The position numbers and the translations under genes were made by a program. A DNA stretch of 64,000 nucleotides, taken from the IMG/VR virus record IMGVR_UViG_3300009169_000018, positions 1 through 64,000 of that record; one strand, given 5' to 3'. Shown here piece after piece: positions 25,701 through 34,858 of the stretch. Within the stretch, counting starts at the first letter, position 1. Each line of letters opens with the position of its first letter. The notes beneath the pieces were generated by a model. The model made no database searches, was not told the DNA's origin, and saw only the letters and a program-made list of their open reading frames with translations. This DNA is from an uncultured virus (IMG/VR IMGVR_UViG_3300009169_000018). Its lineage: Duplodnaviria > Heunggongvirae > Uroviricota > Caudoviricetes.

Positions 25701-25870
25701 GTACCCGCTAGGGTAGCCTAGGGTACCCCCAAATAGCCCCAAAACGCCTCTCAGGGGGCTTACAGAGGCTCTCGTAAGTGCTTGATTCTATTAGGGTTAT
25801 TAGGGCTAATCTAAGTTACTGATTCTTAAAAGCTTTTTCGTGTTGCATTCTCGGTCCAGTCTGATATACT
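25701..25870 (+). promoter_or_regulatory. palindrome, two IHF-like boxes and extended -10 promoter
   Basis: GTACCCGCTAGGGTAGCCTAGGGTACC; boxes at 25775 and 25812; TTGCAT(25843)-16-TATACT(25865) with TG. Confidence 0.75.
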
Positions 25871-25876
25871 GGTATT

Positions 25877-26215
25877 ACAGAGTGAGGAAACGGGCATGAG
25901 TTAGTAGACACAGTAACGGTTGCGTTCAAGGGTAAGTTACCATGACACTTGAATAACCGCGCACAGCATGGTGACTCGGCATAGCAAAATGACCCCGCTA
26001 TGTCGGATACAAAGAGAGCCGACTCATTAACCGGTGGGGTGCGCAACTGGCACAAGGCGTTAACAAAAGTTGAAACTGCCACGGATGGGAACCTGAATCG
26101 CGCAGTGCGGTCCCTACCATCTAAGAATAGACCGCAACTGCGCACTTGGGAAAGGATACACTGACGACGACGGGACAGATGGTAGCTTTGTAAAGCACTG
26201 TCCCGTCGAATTTCA
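25877..26215 (+). ncRNA. large structured ncRNA or 5' leader of unknown class
   Basis: No + strand ORF in the track; many stems and long-range complementarities. Confidence 0.55.
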
Positions 26216-26223
26216 GATCGAAT

Positions 26224-26640
26224 ATGGCATACATGAGTCAAGAGCGCAAGGCGCAACTCTCCCCGGCTATCAAGGCGCATTGCGCCAAGTATGGCATCAA
26301 GGCTTCGATTGCCGTGCGCCATCATTCGACCCTTGTGGTCAACATCAAGTCGGGCAAGCTCGACTTCTGCCAGAATTTCTACGATACGCAGGCTCCGGTT
26401 CATGCGCATCGTTATCCGCATCATGAAGCCATGATGAAGCCGAATGCCATTCAAGTCAATCCGCACTGGTGCCATGAGCATTTCTCTGGCAAGTGCAAGA
26501 CGTTCATCGTGGAACTCATTCGCCTGATGAACATCGGCAACCATGACCGTTCGGACATTCAGACCGACTACTTTGATGTGGGTTGGTACAAGGATGTGAA
26601 CATTGGTACGTGGAACAAGCCTTACGTGGTGACGAAGTAA
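26224..26640 (+). CDS. hypothetical protein (conserved-looking phage early protein)
   Basis: MAYMSQE...DRSDIQTDYFDVGWY..V.IG.W.KPY. Confidence 0.7.
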   Translation: MAYMSQERKAQLSPAIKAHCAKYGIKASIAVRHHSTLVVNIKSGKLDFCQNFYDTQAPVHAHRYPHHEAMMKPNAIQVNPHWCHEHFSGKCKTFIVELIRLMNIGNHDRSDIQTDYFDVGWYKDVNIGTWNKPYVVTK

Positions 26641-26975
26641 TGAAAATCTACAATCGCAACGATGGCAAGGCTCGCAAGGTTCTTGCTGCTGTTAAGCGTC
26701 TTGCTAAGAAGAGCAAAGACGACAGCGTGATGCTTGTCGATATCTACGCGAATTGTCGCGAGCAGGGTTTCCACCTTGCGTCCTGCGACGACTGCGCCGT
26801 GTCGTTTTCCGAATTCCGGCGCAGCGACAACATCGTTGTCTACGTCGGCAAGCGCAAGGATTTTGCGTTCAACACGCACATCCCCTCTGAGGAAGTTTAC
26901 GAGAATGCGAAGTTCTTCGCTCCTGACGGCTACGAAGCCGCTGCGAAGTTCATCGTCAAGCATCTGGAAGGCTAA
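26640..26975 (+). CDS. hypothetical protein
   Basis: TAATG coupling. Confidence 0.6.
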   Translation: MKIYNRNDGKARKVLAAVKRLAKKSKDDSVMLVDIYANCREQGFHLASCDDCAVSFSEFRRSDNIVVYVGKRKDFAFNTHIPSEEVYENAKFFAPDGYEAAAKFIVKHLEG

Positions 26976-26976
26976 C

Positions 26977-27216
26977 ATGGCTAAGATTAAGAACAGTTCG
27001 ACTTATCACTCCCGCGTCCGTTACGGCATCATGGATGAAAACGGTATGCAGTTTGGCGACCTGAGTGACCCGACGCTTTTCAATCTGCCGACTGCGCGAA
27101 AGTTGTTCGAAGAGAATTTGAACGACCTCGGACAGTGTGCGCAGATCGTGAAGGTCCGCGTTACCTACGAAGTCCTCGACTATGACGATGACGCATTCCG
27201 ACTGACGGACGACTAA
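26977..27216 (+). CDS. hypothetical protein
   Basis: Tight packing. Confidence 0.55.
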   Translation: MAKIKNSSTYHSRVRYGIMDENGMQFGDLSDPTLFNLPTARKLFEENLNDLGQCAQIVKVRVTYEVLDYDDDAFRLTDD

Positions 27217-27217
27217 T

Positions 27218-27526
27218 ATGGCTCTTACACTCTTAACTCCGCGTCAGGAAACCCTGATCGTCAATAACGTTGTGGCAGCGTGTCGCGATATCGAACGTCT
27301 GAATCGCACCGGCTACAAGTTCATCAATCTGTGCGCCGGATTCATTGCGCACTATGACCTGTACGGCTTCCGCGCCGCGTATGGCTATTCGGGCAAACTC
27401 GCTGCGGATATCATGCGCAACCGTTTCGCAAACGAGTGGAAGAACTTCCACGTAGGCGAGCGCGATTACGACTACTATCAGCAAAAGGCGCGGGTGTACG
27501 CTCGCATCGTTGAGGCAATTCGATAA
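27218..27526 (+). CDS. hypothetical protein
   Basis: Tight packing. Confidence 0.6.
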   Translation: MALTLLTPRQETLIVNNVVAACRDIERLNRTGYKFINLCAGFIAHYDLYGFRAAYGYSGKLAADIMRNRFANEWKNFHVGERDYDYYQQKARVYARIVEAIR

Positions 27527-27741
27527 TGGGTATCGGTGACGACAGCGAATTCCGTTTGGCGCGTGCCGCGTTTCTTTCGAAGTCTCTCAAGGCATCGGCT
27601 ACCGCAGGCGTGGCAGAAGATCAAGTAAACAACGTGTACGCAGGCTACTGCGAATCGTTCCTCATGCTTCTAGCCACTCGCTATCCGGAAGTCCGCAAGG
27701 AAATGGAAGAGCGCATTCTCTACAAGGGATTCCGTTCATGA
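27526..27741 (+). CDS. hypothetical protein
   Basis: TAATG coupling. Confidence 0.55.
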   Translation: MGIGDDSEFRLARAAFLSKSLKASATAGVAEDQVNNVYAGYCESFLMLLATRYPEVRKEMEERILYKGFRS

Positions 27742-27950
27742 AGTCTTACGTTCTACGTGCCGGTTCGAAGTATACTCTCATGCAAGAGACTCCGACCAAA
27801 ATGCTGATCATTCCGGATGTTGCGGATCGTGACATTTCGTTCGATGACAGCGAATTGATCGAAGTGGATACCGTCACAAAGATGCTTCACTTCAAGGTTG
27901 GCAATCGGCACTACTATGCCAACAACAGCAACGTGAGCATCGTTCACTAA
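27738..27950 (+). CDS. hypothetical protein
   Basis: ATGA overlap. Confidence 0.55.
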   Translation: MKSYVLRAGSKYTLMQETPTKMLIIPDVADRDISFDDSELIEVDTVTKMLHFKVGNRHYYANNSNVSIVH

Positions 27951-28168
27951 TGATCTTCAACGACACATTGACGGCTGACTCATTGCAGGAAGAGTATCTT
28001 GCATGGGCGAAGGATTGGAGTCAGGGTAAGACCTCGCTCCGCTTCGGGCAGCACATCTGTAATAAATACCTAGTCTTAGGCAAGTCCGCACCTGAGATTT
28101 TCTATGCCGAAAACGTAGGGGATGCCTACTGGCTAATCGCGGACGTTTTAGTAAATCAGGAAATTTGA
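27950..28168 (+). CDS. hypothetical protein
   Basis: TAATG coupling. Confidence 0.55.
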   Translation: MIFNDTLTADSLQEEYLAWAKDWSQGKTSLRFGQHICNKYLVLGKSAPEIFYAENVGDAYWLIADVLVNQEI

Positions 28169-28348
28169 GCATGTCACGCACATGGAAACGGGATGATTCT
28201 GGTCGCAAGAATCAGGGCGACTCTCTTAGAGATAAGAGGCGAAACAAGTACAATAACACGCACCGCGAGGATGCCGTAAATCCGGATTCCTACGACCGCA
28301 TGAAATTGAATCAGGAGTTCCGGCGTAACTCTAATTTCAATTATGGGC

Positions 28349-28377
28349 TTGACAACGACTCAGATTAGTGCTATACT
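28349..28377 (+). promoter_or_regulatory. sigma70 promoter
   Basis: TTGACA-17-TATACT with TG. Confidence 0.75.
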
Positions 28378-28420
28378 GATCCCGTCGATTTGATTTATCA
28401 TTTGAATTTGAGGTTTTGTA

Positions 28421-28864
28421 ATGTCTAAGTCTACCAAGTATTTCGAACTCTTCTCGGCTCTCCGCGCAGGCGGCGACAAGGGAGTTTCCCCGGCAGCGTT
28501 GCAGAAGGCGACCGGTTTCAATCAGGGTGCGCTCGCCGTCTACATTCACGCACTGCGCCATCAGTTCGGTGCTGTCATCGAGTCCGTCCGTAACGGTCGC
28601 ACCGTGACCGCATACCGGCTCACCAATGCGGATGAAGTGACCATCACTGCGGCACGCAAGCCGCGCACGCTCAAGACGAAGGCGAAGGCATCGGCTAAGA
28701 AGCCGGTCAAGATGAAGACCGTCAAGCCTACGCTTCGCACCGCACAGATTGTCAAGACCTCCAAGGTTGACGACGGTTCGATTCCGGTTCTCGACGCGGA
28801 CCTCGACATTGCCGAAATCGGCGCGTCGGAGTTGGACGACATTCGCCACTCTCTCGGTATCTAA
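28421..28864 (+). CDS. putative winged-helix DNA-binding protein with basic linker and acidic tail
   Basis: HTH-like N-terminus, Lys-rich middle; GAGG RBS. Confidence 0.55.
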   Translation: MSKSTKYFELFSALRAGGDKGVSPAALQKATGFNQGALAVYIHALRHQFGAVIESVRNGRTVTAYRLTNADEVTITAARKPRTLKTKAKASAKKPVKMKTVKPTLRTAQIVKTSKVDDGSIPVLDADLDIAEIGASELDDIRHSLGI

Positions 28865-29012
28865 TCATGAAGAATCATCAGTTCTTCGCGCTACAGTGTA
28901 GCATCTGGATCGTCGGCTCGACGGCAGCACAGACTCCGGTTGCCAAGATCGGATTCCTTGTGATCGGTATTGTCTACCTGATCCTGCAATTCATTGCCAT
29001 CAAGAGTGAAGT

Positions 29013-29279
29013 ATGACAAGTCTCCGTAAAGATGGTCTGCCCGTAGTTCCCGTTTGCATTGAATGCGAGCATTGGTATGATTCCGTGTTCGATGCCTGTA
29101 ACTCCCCCAACAGGGCGCGAGACTTCGACCCCGTTCACGGCTATACGTACAAAACGATACGCTGCCGCGATGCGCGTGCCGACAACAATCTGTGCGGAAC
29201 TGCCGGGGCATGGTACGAGCCAAGGAAGGTGGTCAAGCCGACACTTCGGCAGCGCATTCGGCGGTGGCTCTTCTCGTAA
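29013..29279 (+). CDS. Cys-rich hypothetical protein
   Basis: CxxC and further Cys. Confidence 0.55.
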   Translation: MTSLRKDGLPVVPVCIECEHWYDSVFDACNSPNRARDFDPVHGYTYKTIRCRDARADNNLCGTAGAWYEPRKVVKPTLRQRIRRWLFS

Positions 29280-29498
29280 TCCCTAAATATGGGAGCAGGG
29301 ATGCTCCCTCGGGAGGATGACATGTTAAGTTTCACACGCGAATCGACTCATTACTACATCATTTCGAACATCTGGATCGCGACGAGCATTCTCGCTGACC
29401 AGTGGTACGACATGTACTTCGCAGGCGCGATGGGTCTTATCTGGTTCCTGTATGGCTTGTGGATGGGTAAGAAGGAAAAGGACAGCGAAAGCTAAACT

Positions 29499-30032
29499 AT
29501 GAATGTGTTTTTCCTCGACCGTGATCCTCAGATCGCGGCGCAGTTTCATAATGACAAACATGTGGTAAAGATGATTCTGGAATCCGCACAGTTGCTCTCG
29601 ACTGCGCATCGGGTTCTGGACGGCGACTCAAAAGGAGTGCTGAGTGATGCGCGAAATGACGTTCTCTATAAGGCTACCCACCGTAATCACCCGTCTGCTG
29701 TATGGGTTAGACGCGAACTTGATCACTATCGTTGGGTTCATGATCTACTGTATTTTCTTATTGGTGAGTTCCGCTATCGCTACGGCAAGCCGCACGCCAC
29801 AGAACGTCTACAGCCCTTTCTTCTAGACGCACCGCACAACATCCCCATGGACGGTCCTTTCATCATGGAAGACCCTCCGCAGTGTATGCCGGATGACTCC
29901 AAGCATGAAGATTGTGTGACAGCGTACCGTACATACTACGCTAGACATAAATACCATATCGCGGGTTGGAAACGTCGCGGCACTCCGGAGTGGTGGAATG
30001 AAACGGTTCAAGGAATTCATATCGGAAAGTAG
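29499..30032 (+). CDS. denV: pyrimidine dimer DNA glycosylase / endonuclease V family
   Basis: MNVF.LD..P..AA...DKHVVKMILESAQLL; TH.NHP. Confidence 0.8.
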   Translation: MNVFFLDRDPQIAAQFHNDKHVVKMILESAQLLSTAHRVLDGDSKGVLSDARNDVLYKATHRNHPSAVWVRRELDHYRWVHDLLYFLIGEFRYRYGKPHATERLQPFLLDAPHNIPMDGPFIMEDPPQCMPDDSKHEDCVTAYRTYYARHKYHIAGWKRRGTPEWWNETVQGIHIGK

Positions 30033-30606
30033 TCTTCATGTCTTCGACATAGATGACACGCTGTTCCATACGACCGCAAAAGTCCACGTAAAGAAAGGTG
30101 GCAAGACGGTCAAGACCCTCTCTTCGGCTGAGTATAACAGCCATACGCTCCCACCGGGACACTCGTATGACTACCACGAATTCCACTCAGCCCACAAATT
30201 CGACACCGAATCCAAGCCTGTTCATCGGATGATGGACAAGCTGAAAGGCGTTCATGCCTCCGTGAAAGCGAAGGGGAACGGACGAGTCATTCTCAATACC
30301 GCAAGGCAGGACTTCGATGACCGAGAAACGTTTTTGGGAACCTTTCGCAAGCATGGTGTTGAGATTGATGATATTCACGTACATCGTGCGGGTAACATTG
30401 CTAGGGAGAAAGGAATCTCCGTTGGACACGCCAAGAACGAAGTCATACGAAAACACCTAAATACAGGTAACTACAAACACGTAAGCCTATACGACGATTC
30501 CGAAGAAAACCTGAATCACTTCAAAGAGTTATCCAAAGAGCATCCCGACGTAAAGTTCAAAGCATACCACGTTCAACCAGACGGGCGAATTAAGCATCAC
30601 AAGTGA
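29998..30606 (+). CDS. HAD-superfamily phosphatase
   Basis: FDIDDTL (motif I), TAR, K, YDDS. Confidence 0.8.
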   Translation: MKRFKEFISESSLHVFDIDDTLFHTTAKVHVKKGGKTVKTLSSAEYNSHTLPPGHSYDYHEFHSAHKFDTESKPVHRMMDKLKGVHASVKAKGNGRVILNTARQDFDDRETFLGTFRKHGVEIDDIHVHRAGNIAREKGISVGHAKNEVIRKHLNTGNYKHVSLYDDSEENLNHFKELSKEHPDVKFKAYHVQPDGRIKHHK

Positions 30607-30615
30607 GACTACACC

Positions 30616-30972
30616 ATGGCAACCTACACCTTCCGCAATAAGAAAACAGGCAAGAAGAAAGAATATGAAATGTCTATCAAGGAATACGACCAATTCAAGA
30701 TCGACAACCCGCATCTAGAGCGCATCATGGACGGAGTGGGTATTGCATTCCGTGGCAGAGGCGACAAGACCGTATCAGAACTAGCAGCAAAACGTGATCC
30801 CGCATGGGGCGAAGTATTAGCCAAGATCGGACAACAGAATCTAGACAGCCCATTGAACTCAGATTTCGCAAAGAACAAGACCATCAAGAGACTCAGAGCA
30901 GAGGCGGTAGTTGAGAAACATGCCAAAATGCAAGAAAAGCAACGCCAAGAACGTGCGCGTAAAGTCAAGTAA
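30616..30972 (+). CDS. FmdB-like protein of T4-like phages
   Basis: MATYTF.N..TG...E..MS..EYD.F..NP pattern, upstream of phoH. Confidence 0.55.
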   Translation: MATYTFRNKKTGKKKEYEMSIKEYDQFKIDNPHLERIMDGVGIAFRGRGDKTVSELAAKRDPAWGEVLAKIGQQNLDSPLNSDFAKNKTIKRLRAEAVVEKHAKMQEKQRQERARKVK

Positions 30973-31003
30973 GAAATTCGACATTGTAGAAGGTGAATCA
31001 GCC

Positions 31004-31036
31004 AAGGCAGGCATCCGAGAGGGTGCCTGCCTTTTT
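31004..31036 (+). terminator. intrinsic terminator
   Basis: AAGGCAGGCATCC/GGGTGCCTGCCTT plus T run. Confidence 0.8.
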
Positions 31037-31063
31037 CATTTCCGTAAGCCAAAAGGGAATCCC

Positions 31064-31753
31064 ATGTCATCAAGCAAAAAGCAGAAGCGTCCGGAACACT
31101 TCTCACTTCGAACCATCAAGCCGTTGAACTATGCCCAACAGACGGCATTCGAAGCATGGTATGCTGACCAACACCTGTTGCTCCATGGAGTCGCAGGCAC
31201 CGGTAAGACCTATCTCGCCCTCTATCTAGCCCTCAAGGAGATTCTACGCAACGACAGCAAGTACAATCAGATCATCATCGTCCGTTCCACTGTTCCCTCG
31301 CGAGACATGGGATTCCTACCGGGAAAGGTGGACGAGAAATCGAAAGTCTATGAAGAGCCATACCGCGAAATCTGTGACGACCTGTTCGGACGCGGCGACG
31401 GTTACGACATTCTCAAGATGAAGAGAATGGTTCACTTCACCACCACATCCTTCCTGCGTGGCTTGACCTTCAAGGACGCAATCGTGATCGTGGACGAGTG
31501 TGAGAACATGACGCTACAGGAACTCGACACCGTGATTACTCGCGTGGGCGACAACACTCGCATCGTGTTCTGTGGCGACTATCGGCAGAGCGACCTCCAA
31601 AAGCGTTCTGACCGGGAAGGACTCCACACGTTCCTGCGGATTCTGGATGACACCAAATACTTCGAACGGGTGGAATTCGGTCCAGAGGATATCGTGCGCT
31701 CCGGTCTGGTGAAAGCCTACATCTTATCCAAATTAGAGTTAGGGATTACTTGA
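31064..31753 (+). CDS. phoH: PhoH family ATPase
   Basis: GVAGTGKT, GFLPG, FLRGLT, DECEN, GD..QSDL, DIVRS. Confidence 0.95.
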   Translation: MSSSKKQKRPEHFSLRTIKPLNYAQQTAFEAWYADQHLLLHGVAGTGKTYLALYLALKEILRNDSKYNQIIIVRSTVPSRDMGFLPGKVDEKSKVYEEPYREICDDLFGRGDGYDILKMKRMVHFTTTSFLRGLTFKDAIVIVDECENMTLQELDTVITRVGDNTRIVFCGDYRQSDLQKRSDREGLHTFLRILDDTKYFERVEFGPEDIVRSGLVKAYILSKLELGIT

Positions 31754-31879
31754 CAAGTAACTTTTGACTCTGCAAGTACCAACGCCGGTTAATGTACCTT
31801 AAATGATACCTTAACCGGCTTAAGGTGCTTTTTATGATACATTATCGGGCTACTATAGCGAACTTATTTCGAATTAGAC

Positions 31880-31908
31880 TTGACAGGACTCTAAAAGACT
31901 GGTATAAT
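31880..31908 (+). promoter_or_regulatory. consensus sigma70 promoter
   Basis: TTGACA-17-TATAAT. Confidence 0.85.
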
Positions 31909-31954
31909 GTCTGTGTGGACTTTGAATGGTAACTTTTAGAGATATAGGATCATT

Positions 31955-32641
31955 GTGACATTTCTACACGTAAAGCATGAGTTTCCTACTCTCTTGAAGG
32001 AAGAAACCGAAGATGGTCAACGAGTGTATTGCACTCCGGATGGGAAACGATATCCGTCTGTAACGACTGTCATTGCTCCACACAACAAAGATGCTATCGA
32101 CCGGTGGAAGGCACGTATCGGTCATGCCAAGGCTAAGAAGATATCCGAGAATGCCTCAGAGCGTGGAGATATCGTTCACTTAGCATTAGAAGCACTCCTC
32201 AACAATTACTCGACCGGTGAAATCGTCAAACAGATGATGCCGCACGCTAAGGCTGTCTATCTCAATATGAAGACTGAGCTAGAGCGTCGGCTGACAGAGG
32301 TTCACGGATTAGAACAACCCATGTTCTCGCACAAACTACGATTAGCGGGAACCACCGATTGTATAGCAAAATATGACAATCTCTTGAGTATCGTGGACTT
32401 CAAGACCGCTCTTAGACTCAAGAAAACCGAATACGTTCAAGGCTACTTCATGCAGCTTTCGGCATATGCGTTCATGTTTGAGGAAATGACCGGTCTGCGC
32501 ATTGAACAGGGTGTAATCCTGATTGGCGTGGACAATGAGACATTTGCACAGACCTTCCGGCTTCCCCGCGAGAAATTCGGTCCTCACCTGAAAGAGATAG
32601 TTTCGTGGAGAGATAAATACGAGCAGGGGCTAGCCGCATGA
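31955..32641 (+). CDS. PD-(D/E)XK exonuclease
   Basis: YPSVTT, AGTTD, DFKT, QLSAY. Confidence 0.85.
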   Translation: MTFLHVKHEFPTLLKEETEDGQRVYCTPDGKRYPSVTTVIAPHNKDAIDRWKARIGHAKAKKISENASERGDIVHLALEALLNNYSTGEIVKQMMPHAKAVYLNMKTELERRLTEVHGLEQPMFSHKLRLAGTTDCIAKYDNLLSIVDFKTALRLKKTEYVQGYFMQLSAYAFMFEEMTGLRIEQGVILIGVDNETFAQTFRLPREKFGPHLKEIVSWRDKYEQGLAA

Positions 32642-32734
32642 CACTTCTGACGCAGACAATGATTCTACTCATAGGTGTGGTGATGATTGCCACCTTTCTC
32701 TCCAACGACGATGATGACGACGAGGAATAGTAAC

Positions 32735-32884
32735 ATGGAATACGTAAGCACAGCATTAGCAGTATTGGTAGTTCTTGCATTTGGATACTTCATCTACAAG
32801 AAAGTCACTGCGCCTAAGAAGCCTTCAACCGGCACTGGCGGCGGTGGAGTCGGCGGCAGCGATAGCAACACTCAGCAGCACTAA
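32735..32884 (+). CDS. small single-pass membrane protein
   Basis: TM plus Gly-rich tail; AGGA RBS. Confidence 0.5.
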   Translation: MEYVSTALAVLVVLAFGYFIYKKVTAPKKPSTGTGGGGVGGSDSNTQQH

Positions 32885-33708
32885 TGATTGTTGACGACTC
32901 TGCGGGTCCGCAGAAAGCTTGGGCGAATTATAGAATGGAACTGCGAGAAGAAATTCAGCGGCGCGAGTATCCTAGGAAACTAGCCGAAGTGGGCAGAGTC
33001 GCATTGGTCTGTATTGCGAAGGATGAAGATGACTACATTCAGGAGTGGATTGACTATCACTTCAAGTTGGGTGTAGACGATATCTTCATCTATGAAAATG
33101 ATTGGCGGTCTGGCATCTGGCAGGAACGAGTACACACGATTCCGTTTGACGGCAAACACCGTCAGGTCTATGCGTACAACGACTTCCTGTTTCGGCGTGC
33201 GAATGATTACAAGTGGGCAATCTTCATTGACGTTGACGAGTTCATCGTATTGAAGAACCACTCGTACATTCAGGGATTCCTGCGAGCCTATGGCAATCTC
33301 CCCGAAGGCGTGGATGCGATTGCGGTGAACTGGATGATGTTCGGTGACAATGGCGCAGCCAGTGAGGGTTCCGTAGTGGAACGATTCACACGGCGCGGCG
33401 CGATTCCCGAAAGGCACATCAAGAGCATCGTGCGGCTGAATGGCGACCGAATGATGTTGACAACGCACAACACGTTCGGCTACTGGATAGACCCGAATGG
33501 TAATATCGGAGCAGGACAGAATAATTTTGACGGTAGCAATGATGTGATTCAGATCAATCATTACTACACTAAGACAGAGAAAGAGTTTGAACGAAAGATG
33601 AATCGCGGCAGGGCTGACTGTGGATTGCGTCGGACAAAGGACGATTTCCACCAATTCAATCAGAACGAAGTTGAAGACCTAACAGCACTCAACTTCTACA
33701 GGGGATAA
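32884..33708 (+). CDS. GT-A glycosyltransferase (GT2/GT92-like)
   Basis: KDE..YI.EWI.YH, DVDEF, NHY. Confidence 0.85.
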   Translation: MIVDDSAGPQKAWANYRMELREEIQRREYPRKLAEVGRVALVCIAKDEDDYIQEWIDYHFKLGVDDIFIYENDWRSGIWQERVHTIPFDGKHRQVYAYNDFLFRRANDYKWAIFIDVDEFIVLKNHSYIQGFLRAYGNLPEGVDAIAVNWMMFGDNGAASEGSVVERFTRRGAIPERHIKSIVRLNGDRMMLTTHNTFGYWIDPNGNIGAGQNNFDGSNDVIQINHYYTKTEKEFERKMNRGRADCGLRRTKDDFHQFNQNEVEDLTALNFYRG

Positions 33709-33709
33709 C

Positions 33710-33946
33710 ATGGAAACGACAGTATCAGAAGACACTCGCTACATGAGCCGCAAGTTTCGGTTCTCTGTGGCGGCATGGATCGCAGGCACGATTGCGTATG
33801 CGACAGGGTTCTTCACCGAGGTTCCCATGATGACGACGGACCAGTGGATTCTGTTCACGCAATGGATCGTCGGTCTGTACCTCGCAGGCAACGTCGGTGA
33901 CACACTCGTTACCGGTCTAGCCAACGTATTCACGGTGAAGTCATGA
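33710..33946 (+). CDS. two-TM membrane protein (holin-like)
   Basis: SRKF then two hydrophobic helices. Confidence 0.5.
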   Translation: METTVSEDTRYMSRKFRFSVAAWIAGTIAYATGFFTEVPMMTTDQWILFTQWIVGLYLAGNVGDTLVTGLANVFTVKS

Positions 33947-34428
33947 GCCTCTTCAAGAACCCTTGGCAAGCGGTCATTGCCATCGTCATCTTCATCAGTC
34001 TCTTCCTGTTTCTATTAAGTCGGGAAGCGCGAAGTGAAGAAATCTACTTCGACGGCGGTTCAACCATCGTGCGCGGATATGCTCCGGTCATCGGAATCAA
34101 TGTCGCGTGGAAGGAAGAAGGTCCGAAGAAGACTGACTACGAATTAGGATTCAAGCTTATCGGTGAATCTGAGTTCAAGGAAGAGGATCAGAGCAATCAG
34201 TTTGTCGTTCACGGCATGTTGGTTGACGGATACAAGAATGCGGAAATGGGAATCGGGTTTGCCTACTTCAACGTAGAATCAGACTACAATTGCCAGTTCA
34301 CATTCTCGTTGCTTGCGCGTTATCGGTTCACGGAACGGATTCACGTACAGGCTCACCACTTCTCTACCGCAGGGTCATGTCGCCCGAATTATGGCAGAGA
34401 TTTACTCACCGTAGGATGGAGGTTCTAA
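33943..34428 (+). CDS. outer-membrane beta-barrel, PagL-like lipid A deacylase
   Basis: Signal peptide; HFSTAG...N.G catalytic-like motif; terminal WRF. Confidence 0.65.
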   Translation: MSLFKNPWQAVIAIVIFISLFLFLLSREARSEEIYFDGGSTIVRGYAPVIGINVAWKEEGPKKTDYELGFKLIGESEFKEEDQSNQFVVHGMLVDGYKNAEMGIGFAYFNVESDYNCQFTFSLLARYRFTERIHVQAHHFSTAGSCRPNYGRDLLTVGWRF

Positions 34429-34429
34429 G

Positions 34430-34540
34430 ATGGAACTATTACTAGGATTTGTCGCAGGCGCATTGGTGGGATGGCACTTCCCGCAGCCTGCATGGGTTAA
34501 GACTCTGATTGCGGCAGTGAAAGCCAAGCTAGCGGAGTAA
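34430..34540 (+). CDS. 36-aa membrane peptide (MELLLGFVAGALVGWHFPQPAW...)
   Basis: Read by hand; GGAGG RBS. Confidence 0.6.
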   Translation: MELLLGFVAGALVGWHFPQPAWVKTLIAAVKAKLAE

Positions 34541-34858
34541 TCGGTTATAGTGGTATGATGTGAAGTGAAGGTATTCTGGACGCGGGTTCGACTCCCGCCT
34601 GCTCCACCACGAAAGACTCTCACCCGAGATGCGCAGAAGTTGAGTTCTTACTGCGATACAAGGGAACAACACTCTGAGAGTCTTTCGTAATGGGGCAGTC
34701 AAGGTTTCGACAGGGTAAGATAGCGGAACGGACCACTAGAGAGGCGACTGACTTAATCAGCGCAAACACTACAAATGCAAACGCAGATGTATACGAGGAA
34801 GTGCGCCTAGCGGCGTGACCCTCCGGGGCAGGAAATGCCTTGTTACCAAAACCACCAG
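34541..34858 (+). ncRNA. ssrA: circularly permuted two-piece tmRNA; tag ANADVYEEVRLAA
   Basis: T-arm and CTGCTCCACCA end at 34609; intervening hairpin; GGGGCAG at 34692 (G3:U70); tag frame 34777-34818; outer ends approximate. Confidence 0.9.

Noticed and set aside
31955..32641. Cas4 / CRISPR adaptation gene
   Set aside because: Lacks the Fe-S Cys cluster and any cas or array context; typical T4-like exonuclease after phoH.
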